A DNA stretch of 64,000 nucleotides from an uncultured Candidatus Saccharibacteria bacterium (lineage in GTDB: Bacteria; Patescibacteriota; Minisyncoccia; Phycocordibacterales; UBA9973), in NCBI GenBank assembly GCA_964498035.1, contig CAZCFW010000001.1, positions 57,286 through 121,285 on the forward strand, written 5' to 3'. The notes beneath the pieces are model-generated. The model was not told the origin of the DNA and did not search any database. It saw nothing but the letters and a program-made list of their open reading frames with translations. Shown piece after piece: positions 8,293 through 18,552 of this stretch (its first letter is position 1; each line of letters starts with the position of its first letter). The position numbers and the translations under genes are program-made.

Positions 8293-9638
8293 TATCCGTC
8301 TTCAGTGAGGCGTTCATCGATGCGATTCATGTCGCGTGGGAACATAGATGCTTCACGAATATTTTTAAGTCCTAGAATTTGCATTGTAAGGCGCTCTGCT
8401 CCGAAAGCGAATCCTCCTTCAGGTGGTACACCATACTTAAACGCTTCTAAGAACATTTTAATTTTGTTTGGATCCATATTCCACTCTTTCACCTGCTCTT
8501 CCAATTGATCATATTTATTTACTCTTCTTCCACCAGAGAGCCACTCTACTCCACGGCATATAAGATCCACTCCTTCGTTGAATTCTGGATTTTCTGGATT
8601 TGGATACACATAGAAAGGCTTCTTCTTTGTAGGATAGCCGTATACGAATACGAAATCAGATCCAGTCTCATTCTTTACGATTTCACAAATTTCTCTTTCA
8701 TCTTGTGCATTGAGGTCTTTCTCTCCACGCACATCACGGCCATTCTTTTCAAAAATCATATTTTGAGCTTCAGTAAGTGAATATGTAGGAGTCTTCTCTA
8801 TCATGACCGGTAGAGTTGCATCTAGGAGTTTTAAATGTTCAGCATTCTTTTCGCCTACTTGAGTGAGGATGTATCTCACAGTTTCCTCTGCCATATCACG
8901 CACATCACGCCAAGAATCGATGAAGCCCATCTCCGCGTCGAGTGATACTATCTCAGTAAGGTGGCGAGTAGTAGATGAAGGCTCAGCACGGAAAACTTTG
9001 TTTACAGAAAAGCATCTTTCAAATGCAGACATTACAATCTGCTTGTAAAGCTGAGGAGACTGAGAGAGGTATGCTTTCTTGTCGAAATAATCAAGCTGGA
9101 AAACTTCAGCACCTCCTTCAGCAGTTGCTGGTACCATGGATGGCGCTTGGAATTCGAAAAACATATTCTTCTTCATATATTCACGGAAGGAGTCGATTAT
9201 AGTTTCGCTCACCTTAAATACTGCTTGCACCTTTGGTTGGCGTAGCACAAGTGCACGGTTATCGAGCTCTGTAGTGAGCTCAAGGTTGTAACCAGAAAGT
9301 GACATATCAAACGGTAGTGTCGCAGCTTCGGCAAGGACTTCGATTGTTTGTATTTCAAGCTCAAGTTCGCCATTTAGTACTCCTACCTTTTTATTCTTTT
9401 CTGGGCGCTCATTGATCTTACCAGTAACTTTCACGACAAATTCTTGACGAAGAGTCTTCCCTACTTCTAGAGTCTCAGTATAATTTGGAAGAATTAGTCC
9501 TTGCACTCTGCCTGTCATGTCGCGGAAATCTAGGAAAATCATTTTGCCTTGATCACGACGCACATCTACCCAGCCAGCAATAGTGACGATGCCTCCCATA
9601 TGTTCTTTTAAATCCTTTATAAATATTCTTTCTTTCAT
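8289..9638 (-). CDS. class IIb aminoacyl-tRNA ligase (asparagine or aspartate--tRNA ligase)
   Basis: 449 aa with an N-terminal OB-fold anticodon-binding region (VTIAGWVDVRRDQGKMIFLDFRD). Class II motifs FRAEPSSTTRHLTE and GGFAFGAERLTMQILG are present. The size fits AsnRS or archaeal-type AspRS. Confidence 0.8.
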   Translation of the reverse strand: MKERIFIKDLKEHMGGIVTIAGWVDVRRDQGKMIFLDFRDMTGRVQGLILPNYTETLEVGKTLRQEFVVKVTGKINERPEKNKKVGVLNGELELEIQTIEVLAEAATLPFDMSLSGYNLELTTELDNRALVLRQPKVQAVFKVSETIIDSFREYMKKNMFFEFQAPSMVPATAEGGAEVFQLDYFDKKAYLSQSPQLYKQIVMSAFERCFSVNKVFRAEPSSTTRHLTEIVSLDAEMGFIDSWRDVRDMAEETVRYILTQVGEKNAEHLKLLDATLPVMIEKTPTYSLTEAQNMIFEKNGRDVRGEKDLNAQDEREICEIVKNETGSDFVFVYGYPTKKKPFYVYPNPENPEFNEGVDLICRGVEWLSGGRRVNKYDQLEEQVKEWNMDPNKIKMFLEAFKYGVPPEGGFAFGAERLTMQILGLKNIREASMFPRDMNRIDERLTEDGY

Positions 9639-9645
9639 AAAATTA

Positions 9646-9864
9646 TTAGTGTAAGTTTTCAGTTATTAATTCGTATGGGTATGAAATGAGAGTCACAATC
9701 CCGACGTAGATCCAGTAAAACGGTGCAAAACAAATATAAATCACTTTATCCTTTTGCCACATTGGTAGATACCATCTTTGTATTTTCATGAGCAGTGCAT
9801 TGAGTGGTATGTATAGCAGTGAGAATACTCCTGCTAAAAAGAATCTTATAAATCTAATTATCAT
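9646..9864 (-). CDS. small membrane protein (72 aa, 2 predicted TM helices)
   Basis: Exactly fills the gap between the trpS stop and the ligase start. Hydrophobic segments FFLAGVFSLLYIPL and YWIYVGIVTLISY. Confidence 0.35.
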   Translation of the reverse strand: MIIRFIRFFLAGVFSLLYIPLNALLMKIQRWYLPMWQKDKVIYICFAPFYWIYVGIVTLISYPYELITENLH

Positions 9865-10837
9865 ATAATTGTACGCCGACAGCTTTTCTCACATCGGCAA
9901 TTTTACTATTAACTAAATTATGAATTTTACTTTTTCCATCCTTGAGTATGTCGAGCACTAATCCTGGATTCTCTTCATACATCTTTCTTTTCTCTCTCAT
10001 TGGTGCGAAATACTTTTCAATCTCATCAAAAAGCATATCTTTTGACTCTTTATATCCGAGGCCACCATTTATATATCTACTTCTCAAGTTTTCTAGCTCT
10101 TCCCCACTTAAGAATAATTTGTGAAGGGCAAATATATTGCAAGTTTCAGGATCTTTTTTCTCTTCTGGAGTTTTTGAATCAGTCACTATACTCATCACAG
10201 CTTTCTTGACAGTAGCAGAATCTGCAAAAAGTGGAATAGTGTTGCCATAGCTCTTACTCATTTTCCTTCCGTCTACTCCAGGAACTATTGCCACTTCTTT
10301 CATAATCTTTGCCTCAGGAAGTTTGAAAGTTTCTCCAAAAATATTATTGAACTTCTGCGCAGTGTCGCGAGCGTACTCCACGTGCTGCTTCTGGTCAGAA
10401 CCGACTGGCACTATGTCTGCATCTTGGATGAGAATATCCGCAGCCATAAGCATCGGGTAATCAAAAAGTCCTACAGTCACCTCTTTTACTTTTTGATTTG
10501 CATCTTTATATGATGTAGCACGCTCAAGGAATGGCATTGTGGTAATGCAGTTGAAGTACCATGTGAGCTCTGTGACTTCTGGTAGGTCTGATTGCTTGAA
10601 AAGAACCACCTTTTTAGGATCAAGTCCGCAAGCCAAATAATCCATAATGATGTTTAAAATCCCGATTGATAATTTATCTTTATCTTGTACTGTTGTAATT
10701 GCGTGAAAATCTGCAATAAAAACTCGAGTATCATATTCCTCCTGCATATCCACGAACTGTTTAAGTGCCCCGAAATAGTTACCTATATGAAGCGCTCCTG
10801 AGGGCTGTATGCCCGAAAGTAGTATCTTTTTAGCCAT
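9854..10837 (-). CDS. trpS: tryptophan--tRNA ligase
   Basis: SGIQPSGALHIGNYFGA carries the class I HIGH motif and KMSKSYGN is the KMSKS motif. The size of 327 aa is typical of TrpRS. Confidence 0.9.
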   Translation of the reverse strand: MAKKILLSGIQPSGALHIGNYFGALKQFVDMQEEYDTRVFIADFHAITTVQDKDKLSIGILNIIMDYLACGLDPKKVVLFKQSDLPEVTELTWYFNCITTMPFLERATSYKDANQKVKEVTVGLFDYPMLMAADILIQDADIVPVGSDQKQHVEYARDTAQKFNNIFGETFKLPEAKIMKEVAIVPGVDGRKMSKSYGNTIPLFADSATVKKAVMSIVTDSKTPEEKKDPETCNIFALHKLFLSGEELENLRSRYINGGLGYKESKDMLFDEIEKYFAPMREKRKMYEENPGLVLDILKDGKSKIHNLVNSKIADVRKAVGVQLYDN

Positions 10838-10940
10838 TTAAATATAATACCAAAAATATGAAAGTTTTGCACATATTCTGCACAGGGATATCCGAAAAAT
10901 GACTTGCAAAGATATTGAGCCCCTGTGCTACAATAGCTCT

Positions 10941-12359
10941 ATGGCAAAAGATACACAAACACCAATAAAGCAAAAAGTCGGAATGAGAATTCCTCCACAG
11001 AGTTTGGATTCCGAGAAAGCAGTCCTCGGATCTATTATGCTTCGTCCAGGAGCGCTCCACGAAATTACAGACGTATTAAATCATGAAGGATTCTATGCTG
11101 GTAAGCACCGAGAAATATTTAAAATAATGCTAGAGCTTTCTGCAAAGGGTGAACCGATTGATTTGCTTTCACTTTCACAGCGTTTATCTGAGCGTGGAAT
11201 GCTTGAATCTGTAGGCGGTACTGTGTATCTTACCGAACTCGTGTCATCTGTGCCTGCTTCAACAAATATTCGTCACTATGCAGATATCGTCGAGAAGAAA
11301 AATATTTTAAGAAATATTATTGATGCTGGTGGCGACATATCTGAACTTGGTTTCCATGAAGATGTGGATGATGTGTATGAAGTACTCGACCAAGCAGAGA
11401 AAAGAATGATGAATATCGGAAATCCTTCTCGCGGGAAAGCCTTCGTAGCTCTTAAGGATACTCTTCCTGAGGCTTGGGAGCGCTTAGAGAAGCTACATGA
11501 GACGAAGGGTGAGCTTCGTGGAATTCCAACTGGATTCAAAGATCTTGATGGATATTTGGCAGGTTTACAAAAGTCTGACCTTATCATCCTCGCAGCGAGA
11601 CCATCCATGGGTAAGACTACTCTAGTTCTAGACATTGCTCGCCAGACCGCCACAAAACATAATACACCTGTAGTTATATTCTCACTCGAAATGAGTTCTC
11701 AGCAACTCGTAGACAGAATGCTTGCAGCAGAGTCTCGCGTGAATGCATGGAACCTTCGTACTGGAAATCTTTCTGCAGAAAGTGAGTTCTCAAAAATCCG
11801 TGACTCACTAGATAGACTCGCAAAGGCTCCAATATTCATCGATGACCAAGCTGCAAACTCTATTGTGAAAATGCGTTCAGTGTGCCGAAGAATTAAAGCC
11901 GAGCATGGCATCGGGCTCATTATTGTGGACTACTTACAGCTTATGTCGACTTCCAAGAACTACGACTCTATGGTGAACCAAGTTACAGAAATTTCCCGCT
12001 CACTTAAAGGTCTTGCAAAGGAGTTTGATGTGCCAGTTATTGCCCTATCACAGCTCTCTCGTGCCGTGGAAGCTCGCGGAGGACGCCCTCGCTTGTCTGA
12101 CCTTCGTGACTCAGGATCTATCGAGCAGGATGCGGACGTAGTAATGTTCATCCACCGTGAAGATAAGGGTAAGGATGAATCAGAACGCACAAATATTGCC
12201 GAAATACTTATCGAAAAACACAGAAATGGACCAGTCGGAAAGGTGGATCTATTCTTCGATGAGAAGATGACTACATTCGTGACTATCGAGAAAGGAAATA
12301 TGGATGGATTCGGTGCGTTAGCAAACTCTGCTTCAAGTACAAATATTGATCAATTCTAA
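10941..12359 (+). CDS. dnaB: replicative DNA helicase DnaB
   Basis: N-terminal DnaB domain PPQSLDSEKAVLGSIMLRP, Walker A ARPSMGKTT, then LIIVDYLQLM and a RecA-like C-terminus. The ORF track starts at 10899 but MAKDTQ at 10941 is the more likely start. Confidence 0.9.
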   Translation: MAKDTQTPIKQKVGMRIPPQSLDSEKAVLGSIMLRPGALHEITDVLNHEGFYAGKHREIFKIMLELSAKGEPIDLLSLSQRLSERGMLESVGGTVYLTELVSSVPASTNIRHYADIVEKKNILRNIIDAGGDISELGFHEDVDDVYEVLDQAEKRMMNIGNPSRGKAFVALKDTLPEAWERLEKLHETKGELRGIPTGFKDLDGYLAGLQKSDLIILAARPSMGKTTLVLDIARQTATKHNTPVVIFSLEMSSQQLVDRMLAAESRVNAWNLRTGNLSAESEFSKIRDSLDRLAKAPIFIDDQAANSIVKMRSVCRRIKAEHGIGLIIVDYLQLMSTSKNYDSMVNQVTEISRSLKGLAKEFDVPVIALSQLSRAVEARGGRPRLSDLRDSGSIEQDADVVMFIHREDKGKDESERTNIAEILIEKHRNGPVGKVDLFFDEKMTTFVTIEKGNMDGFGALANSASSTNIDQF

Positions 12360-12361
12360 TT

Positions 12362-12982
12362 ATGGACCCGATAAATATTCTTGCCGAAAAATTTAAGGAA
12401 TTCCCAGGTATTGGTGAGCGCCAAGCAAAGCGTTTCGTTTATTTCCTACTTCATAAAAATCCTAGCTTTGTAAAAGCACTCGGCGACGCTATTAATTCTA
12501 TAAAATCACAAATTGCAGAGTGTGAATCCTGTCATGTGTTCTTTAGAATATTACCGCACCAAGATAAGCTCTGCGAGACTTGTGCAAATCCTCAAACTGA
12601 TCAGTCTTCCCTACTTATCGTCGAGAAAGATGCCGATATGGAAACCATTAAGCGCACGAAGACATATAAAGGATTATATTTTGTACTTGGAGGGCTTGTG
12701 CCTATCGTAACGAAAGATACTCCGACTTTTGTTCGTACAAATGAACTTCAAGCTGTTGTAAAAGACCGTATTAAGAGTAAAGTTTTAAAAGAAATTATAT
12801 TAGGTCTCTCTATTAATCCTCACGGCGAGCATACAGACCTTTATCTTCGTGAATTACTGCACCCAATAATTGAAAATTCAAATGTAAGTATTGTGTCTTT
12901 AGGTAAAGGCCTCTCCACAGGCACAGAGCTAGAATACTCCGACTCCGAAACTATCAAAAACGCTCTAAAAAATAGAGGCTAA
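12362..12982 (+). CDS. recR: recombination protein RecR
   Basis: HhH motif FPGIGERQAKRFVYFLL, a C4 zinc finger (CESCHV...CETC) and a Toprim-like C-terminus. It is 206 aa. Confidence 0.85.
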   Translation: MDPINILAEKFKEFPGIGERQAKRFVYFLLHKNPSFVKALGDAINSIKSQIAECESCHVFFRILPHQDKLCETCANPQTDQSSLLIVEKDADMETIKRTKTYKGLYFVLGGLVPIVTKDTPTFVRTNELQAVVKDRIKSKVLKEIILGLSINPHGEHTDLYLRELLHPIIENSNVSIVSLGKGLSTGTELEYSDSETIKNALKNRG

Positions 12983-12999
12983 AAATAACGTCAATAATG

Positions 13000-13731
13000 T
13001 TAGGATATATTTTTTGGCAAAACGATGAACTTACTGCAAGTTTCGTCTATTTCTGGGCTTACAAAAGTTCTCTTTATGATCTTAAAGATATTTACATCTC
13101 TTTGCCTTTGACCAATAAAAAATATTGAAGTCTCATTGGATAGTGTCATAGGTGCATATATTCCATTTGTATATTTAGTATTTGTCTCGGATTCGTAAAT
13201 ATCTTTATTTTTTGTGACCTCAAAAAGATAATTAATTTGTTTATAAAATAAGGCGAATGCAAGCGGGTACTTATTTACTATTTCATCAGAAAAAACCTTA
13301 TCTTTAAATTCATTAGTGAAATTATCACCAATAGTTTCCTTAAAAAAATCATCGTATTGAATACGAGCTTGTCGTATTAATTCCGAAACTTGTCCAAGAG
13401 TAAAACCCATATTTTTCTCAAGGCATTCTTGCATCATCAGAGTACCAGCTTCGTCTATCTTGTGAGTACTTGCATAAGTATCCATTGTTTCAGGAGAAAA
13501 CATAGGAAGTGCAGGATTACTTTCATCCCACACAAGTTCGAATCCCCTTTTCGCATAATATTTATCTAGAAGATTTCTAGATGATTGCTCACGTCTCCCC
13601 GTTATAAGAGTCGAGGCGTCCTTAATCCTTTCCTTCTTTGGTGTGACATCTATATTCCCCTGCTGTATAAGTTTCTTCTCAAATTCATTCATTAATTTAT
13701 TATAGTAATATAGAGCATATATGTAAAGCAA
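13000..13731 (-). CDS. hypothetical protein
   Basis: 243-aa ORF with no recognisable motifs. The likely start is the internal MNEFEKK. Confidence 0.45.
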   Translation of the reverse strand: MLYIYALYYYNKLMNEFEKKLIQQGNIDVTPKKERIKDASTLITGRREQSSRNLLDKYYAKRGFELVWDESNPALPMFSPETMDTYASTHKIDEAGTLMMQECLEKNMGFTLGQVSELIRQARIQYDDFFKETIGDNFTNEFKDKVFSDEIVNKYPLAFALFYKQINYLFEVTKNKDIYESETNTKYTNGIYAPMTLSNETSIFFIGQRQRDVNIFKIIKRTFVSPEIDETCSKFIVLPKNIS

Positions 13732-13732
13732 T

Positions 13733-13765
13733 AAAAAATACCCTCAAGTGAGGGTATTTTTTATT
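13733..13765. terminator. bidirectional hairpin terminator (ataccctc-aagt-gagggtat flanked by A/T runs)
   Basis: Perfect 8-bp stem with an A-run 5' and a T-run 3'. Sits immediately after the rplU stop. Confidence 0.55.
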
Positions 13766-14126
13766 ATTTTATTGCTGAGATTTTTACTTCTGCGAATGGC
13801 TGTCTGTGACCATTTCTTTTTAGATAACGAGATTTTTGTTTGAATTTAACAACTTTAACTGTTTTGTTGCGGCCTGCTTTCTGGAACAATGCTTCTACCT
13901 TTGCGCCTGCGATGTATGGAGTACCGATTGTAGTATCATTACCATTGTCTACTAGGACAACCTTATCAAATAGCACCTTATCGCCCATTGCGAACTCGCC
14001 TGCTAATTTCTCAATCTTAAGCACTTCGCCAACCATGACTTTGTATTGCTTTCCGCCAGTTTCGATAACTGCGAATTCACCTGTCACTTTAGCTGCTGCC
14101 TTTTTTGTTGTTGTTTTTGTAGCCAT
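13764..14126 (-). CDS. rplU: 50S ribosomal protein L21
   Basis: FAVIETGGKQYKVMVGEVLKIEKL is the bL21 signature. It has a lysine-rich N-terminal extension. Confidence 0.85.
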   Translation of the reverse strand: MATKTTTKKAAAKVTGEFAVIETGGKQYKVMVGEVLKIEKLAGEFAMGDKVLFDKVVLVDNGNDTTIGTPYIAGAKVEALFQKAGRNKTVKVVKFKQKSRYLKRNGHRQPFAEVKISAIK

Positions 14127-14185
14127 ATAATTTAATCCTTAAGAATAAGCTTCTCTCGGGAATAGACATATACTACCGGAAAGTT

Positions 14186-14213
14186 TTGAAAAAAGCAAGT
14201 ACCACGCTATAAT
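14186..14213 (+). promoter_or_regulatory. putative promoter TTGAAA-N16-TATAAT for cysS, probably giving a leaderless transcript
   Basis: -35 at 14186-14191 and -10 at 14208-14213. The cysS ATG at 14220 lies about 7 nt after the -10. Confidence 0.4.
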
Positions 14214-14219
14214 TGGCGT

Positions 14220-15581
14220 ATGTCACTTAAACTATACAATACATTATCTCGCGAAATTGAGGATTTCAAGCCAAATAGTGAAAAGGAGGTTACTTTATAT
14301 ACCTGCGGCCCGACTGTCTACAATTATGCTCATATTGGCAATTTCAGAGCCTATGTGTTTGCTGATATCCTGAAAAGAACCTTATTTTACAATGGTTTTA
14401 ATGTAAAACACGTAATGAATATTACGGATATTGACGACAAGACCATCAGAGATTCTATCAAAGAAGGCAAGAATTTGAAGGAATTTACGGAGTTTTATAC
14501 AGAGGCTTTCTATAAAGACCGCGATGCTGTCGGTATCATCCCTGCAGATATGTACACAAAGGCCACTGATTTTGTCCCTCAAATGGTTTCCATGATCGAG
14601 AAACTGTTAGAAAGTGGGCATGCATACAAGGGTGATGATGGTAGTGTATATTTTAATATCAAAAAGTTTAAAGAATATGGTGCACTGAATCATATTACGC
14701 TTGAGACATTACAAGAAAATGCATCTGGCCGAATGAGGAAAGATGAATACGATAAAGAGAATGTACAGGACTTTGCCCTGTGGAAATCTTGGGATGAAAA
14801 TGATGGCGACGTATTCTGGGAAACTTCTTTAGGCAAGGGTCGCCCAGGTTGGCACATCGAGTGCTCGGCTATGAGCACCGCTACTCTTGGTGAATCGATT
14901 GATATTCATACCGGAGGGATCGATAATATGTTTCCTCATCATGAGAATGAGATTGCACAGTCAGAGTGTGCGACTGGAAAGCATTTTGTAAATTACTGGC
15001 TCCATAATGCTTGGCTTCTTGTAGATAACAAGAAGATGTCGAAGTCACTCGGTAATTATTATTCACTTCGTGATCTTGAGAAGATAAATGTCTCCCCGCT
15101 TGGCTTCCGCTACTGGCTCCTCACAGCAGATTATCGCTCGCCTATCAACTTCACTATTCTGACACTGCAAGGTGCCGAGATGGCTTTAAAGCGCTTGCGA
15201 GAGGCATATAATGGCTTAGAAGTAGAAGTATTGGGTGTGCCAGACTTATCTTATACTGAGGAATTTAAGAGTCTGATTAATAATGACTTGAGTACTGCTC
15301 AAGGTTTGGCACTCATGTGGAAATTGCTTAAGGATGAAAATATATCCAGTTCAAACAAAAAAGCTACTCTTCTTGATTTCGATAAAGTTTTTGGTTTGGG
15401 ATTGGGCAACGTGGTAGCAGAAGTGGAAATTCCAGACGAAGTAGAGAAGCTTGCACAAGATCGTGAATACGCCCGCTCACAAAAAGATTTTGCACTATCA
15501 GACATACTAAGAGCAAAGATTGAAGCACATGGTTTTACTGTAAAAGATACAGACAAAGGTCAAAAAATTTCTAAAATATAA
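14220..15581 (+). CDS. cysS: cysteine--tRNA ligase
   Basis: TCGPTVYNYAHIGNFRAYV carries the HIGH motif and KMSKSLGN the KMSKS motif. Cys-rich zinc-binding residues are present. It is 453 aa. Confidence 0.9.
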   Translation: MSLKLYNTLSREIEDFKPNSEKEVTLYTCGPTVYNYAHIGNFRAYVFADILKRTLFYNGFNVKHVMNITDIDDKTIRDSIKEGKNLKEFTEFYTEAFYKDRDAVGIIPADMYTKATDFVPQMVSMIEKLLESGHAYKGDDGSVYFNIKKFKEYGALNHITLETLQENASGRMRKDEYDKENVQDFALWKSWDENDGDVFWETSLGKGRPGWHIECSAMSTATLGESIDIHTGGIDNMFPHHENEIAQSECATGKHFVNYWLHNAWLLVDNKKMSKSLGNYYSLRDLEKINVSPLGFRYWLLTADYRSPINFTILTLQGAEMALKRLREAYNGLEVEVLGVPDLSYTEEFKSLINNDLSTAQGLALMWKLLKDENISSSNKKATLLDFDKVFGLGLGNVVAEVEIPDEVEKLAQDREYARSQKDFALSDILRAKIEAHGFTVKDTDKGQKISKI

Positions 15582-15590
15582 ATACACAGT

Positions 15591-15621
15591 AAAAGTCGCA
15601 AGGACTGTCCTTGCGACTTTT
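15591..15621. terminator. bidirectional hairpin terminator between convergent cysS and the histidine kinase
   Basis: Perfect 10-bp stem gtcgcaagga/tccttgcgac with a 3-nt loop, flanked by AAAA and TTTT. Confidence 0.6.
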
Positions 15622-15630
15622 ACGTTTAAA

Positions 15631-17310
15631 CTATTTAACCAAACTTAATTCCACAAAGAATGTGGATCCTAGGCCATCGCCTGGAGATTCCACCCAGATT
15701 TTGCCACCATGTGCAGCTGTAATTTCTTTACCCAAGTATAATCCGAGCCCAGACCCTGTAGTGTTGTAGCGACCGCCGTTACCTCTGGCAAACTTCTGGA
15801 AAAGCGTGGACTTTATTGCCTCAGTCATACCGATACCAGTGTCTTTCACTGCAAATTGTACTTTGTCGCCAATTACCTTAACTGTAACCCATAAATTCCC
15901 AGCCTTAGTATATTTTATGGAATTGTCGATAAGATTAAGAATTACTTGTCTAAGTTTTTCCTTGTCGCCATTTACTGTGTGTACTCCTTCGTCTTGTGAA
16001 TATTCTAATTTGAGACCTTTCTTTTCAGCGGTAATACTGAGATCTGTAGCGACAGACTTGCACACCTCTCCGAAATCAAAATTAACCTTTTCGTACTTCA
16101 TACCACCTGATTCAATTTTTGAAACGTTCAAGAAGTCCTCCACAACTACAGCAAGATTATTGCTCGATTGGAATATCCTATCCACCGCCTCTTTGGCCTT
16201 GTCCGGTATAGGGCCGAAATCCCCTTCGATAACCATTGATGCATAGCCCTTAATAGCAGTGAGAGGGCTCCTGATCTGGTGCGTAGCAAGTGAAAGGAAT
16301 TCCGTCTTAAGACGGTCGAGGTCTTTTAATTTATCATTTGCAGTTTCGAGCTTGATGTTCGTATCCTCAAGTCTGAGCTTAGAATCAGCTAGTTCTACAG
16401 ATAGCTTTTCAATTTTTACTCTCTGATCTGATTCGCGCTTTAAATTCCTATATAATAAAATACTAATTCCTAATGTAAGCAAGACAGTAATAATCGTAAG
16501 GAATTGATCAGTAGTACTATTGATAAAGAATAGCTGACCAGTCATGAGTATCATAAGTCCCACAACCAAATAGTGAGTTCCTAGCATATTGAAGTGGAAA
16601 ATATCTAGCTCAAAAACTGCGTATATAATTGCGATTAAGAATAAAGGTAGGATGAACAAACTATATAGATTGTATTCATAGATACCAGTAATTGATGCTA
16701 TGTATTCTGTAACACCAAATACTGACAGGAACAAAAGAGTAGATGATAGTACTATAATATCAGCCTTTTTGTCTTCCCTACTTTGCTCTCTGAAAAATGC
16801 ACGAATTAGATACCCAAAAATCACAATACCGATACCGCTCTCTACTATCAATTTGTAATTGTCGAGAAATTGATTATTTACAGCTTCGCATATACTCTGA
16901 TTGAGCCCTAGAACGGATTGCTGAGTAACAGTAATAACAAATGGTACTACTAGAAGTCCACAGAAAAATACTTTCTTGTACCAATGAATATCTCTTTCAT
17001 TGACGAAAGTTATAACAAAATACAACCCTAGTATAAAGAATATAAGCTCTATGTATACGAGAGTAGACCAGACAGTATAAATAAGATTGTAATCATTCGA
17101 TGTCCAGGTTATGAGGTCACCCACAAGCCAAGCACAGAAAGAAATAACAAAGGCGAGGAATATTTTAGAGAAAAGATTGAACTTTGCCTTAAAGAAAATA
17201 AAGAAAGCTAGTGTGAGAGATAGAATAATCGGAATTATGTGAGAGTATTGAGCAAGTTTTTCTAACCCACCACCAGTTGTACTTATACATGTATTTATTA
17301 TTGTTTCCAT
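15631..17310 (-). CDS. sensor histidine kinase (membrane, multi-TM N-terminal domain)
   Basis: About 8 TM helices, a coiled-coil linker, the H-box LSLATHQIRSPLTAIKGY, N, G1 (DTGIGM) and G2 (GSGLGLYL) boxes. No response regulator is adjacent. Confidence 0.8.
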   Translation of the reverse strand: METIINTCISTTGGGLEKLAQYSHIIPIILSLTLAFFIFFKAKFNLFSKIFLAFVISFCAWLVGDLITWTSNDYNLIYTVWSTLVYIELIFFILGLYFVITFVNERDIHWYKKVFFCGLLVVPFVITVTQQSVLGLNQSICEAVNNQFLDNYKLIVESGIGIVIFGYLIRAFFREQSREDKKADIIVLSSTLLFLSVFGVTEYIASITGIYEYNLYSLFILPLFLIAIIYAVFELDIFHFNMLGTHYLVVGLMILMTGQLFFINSTTDQFLTIITVLLTLGISILLYRNLKRESDQRVKIEKLSVELADSKLRLEDTNIKLETANDKLKDLDRLKTEFLSLATHQIRSPLTAIKGYASMVIEGDFGPIPDKAKEAVDRIFQSSNNLAVVVEDFLNVSKIESGGMKYEKVNFDFGEVCKSVATDLSITAEKKGLKLEYSQDEGVHTVNGDKEKLRQVILNLIDNSIKYTKAGNLWVTVKVIGDKVQFAVKDTGIGMTEAIKSTLFQKFARGNGGRYNTTGSGLGLYLGKEITAAHGGKIWVESPGDGLGSTFFVELSLVK

Positions 17311-17313
17311 ATT

Positions 17314-18114
17314 TTATTTTATTAGGTCTTTTATATGTGGTAAATGATGATACCAAAAATTATCTGTCTCTATATCAAGTGGGCCTATTGGGATGATTAA
17401 TGGTTTAACACCAGTCAATTCGATAACTTTTTCGATAGACGGTAGAACTACATTTTTAGTAAATTCACCTTCACTGTCAGTAGAAACTAAGAAATTTTCA
17501 AACAGTATTCCATAACAAGTGAATAAGAGGAAAAAATTAACATATACAAAATCTATTGTATCAGCATTATTCTCCTTATACCAAGCAGATTCATCATGAA
17601 AATATACTCCGTCGATTTTATAATGTGAAAATAAATTTTTATGAAAATCAACAATCGATTCATTCCACAATGTCTTAATTTCAGAAAGTTTTTTACCATT
17701 ATGTAAATTAAAATCAATAATATTAATTTTTTCAACTAAATCTTCACCTTTTGAATTCAAGGAGTCACTGAGATGTAATTGACCAAGTGAATGTTTATAC
17801 TTATTGTTCGAAGTGAATTTATCCTCTTTATATTCAAAAAAAACCGGCTTAAGGTTGTTCTCTTTGGCAATATTTATAAACATCCTACTTTCATGATTTG
17901 GGGTAGCGAGTTGTCTTGCTATAACTGCACACCTACCAATTTTCAATATTTCTGGTATTTTACCTGCAAATAGATTTTCAACTTTTTGCATTAATACTGG
18001 ATCTTTTTGTCTCTCTTCAAGTATTCGCAATGCTTCAGAAAGTGGAGTATACACTACTTTATTAAAAATATTATGATCGGACATTATTGTATTGTAATCA
18101 CCAATAGATGGCAT
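17314..18114 (-). CDS. hypothetical protein (266 aa), co-directional and tightly linked to the downstream histidine kinase
   Basis: Its stop lies 3 nt before the kinase start. No recognisable motif. Confidence 0.45.
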   Translation of the reverse strand: MPSIGDYNTIMSDHNIFNKVVYTPLSEALRILEERQKDPVLMQKVENLFAGKIPEILKIGRCAVIARQLATPNHESRMFINIAKENNLKPVFFEYKEDKFTSNNKYKHSLGQLHLSDSLNSKGEDLVEKINIIDFNLHNGKKLSEIKTLWNESIVDFHKNLFSHYKIDGVYFHDESAWYKENNADTIDFVYVNFFLLFTCYGILFENFLVSTDSEGEFTKNVVLPSIEKVIELTGVKPLIIPIGPLDIETDNFWYHHLPHIKDLIK

Positions 18115-18115
18115 A

Positions 18116-18532
18116 TTATTTTTTAGAATTTTTCTTAATACTCTCTGGAATTATTGATTCTTCTACTACTTTTGGCTCTGGAACTACACATACCCCATTG
18201 GAAATTTCATCTTGAGTGCATTCAGTTTTAATGCACTGTATTACATTTTCTTTACAAGCAAAAGTACAATCTTCATCCTGACAAGCTTTGAAGTCTGAAG
18301 CTACGATAGTGTATTCATTATAATAAGATAAATTATTAAGCGGGCACTCATCTGCGATTTCGCAATCACGATATCGGCAAGTTTCACTAGTAGGATCACA
18401 ACTCGTTTCAACCATGAAATCATAACTTTTTTTATGATAGAAAAAATAAAATGCTACAGCAACAACACAAATACAACTAAAACAAATTAGTATTATAAAA
18501 AAATTGTGCTCTCTTGTGTCTTCCTCAGGCAT
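18116..18532 (-). CDS. cysteine-rich membrane-anchored or secreted protein
   Basis: N-terminal TM (FFIILICFSCICVVAVAFYFFY) followed by a domain with about 14 Cys residues (CDPTSETCRYRDCEIADECP...). Confidence 0.4.
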   Translation of the reverse strand: MPEEDTREHNFFIILICFSCICVVAVAFYFFYHKKSYDFMVETSCDPTSETCRYRDCEIADECPLNNLSYYNEYTIVASDFKACQDEDCTFACKENVIQCIKTECTQDEISNGVCVVPEPKVVEESIIPESIKKNSKK

Positions 18533-18552
18533 ATTAGTATTTTAACATATAT

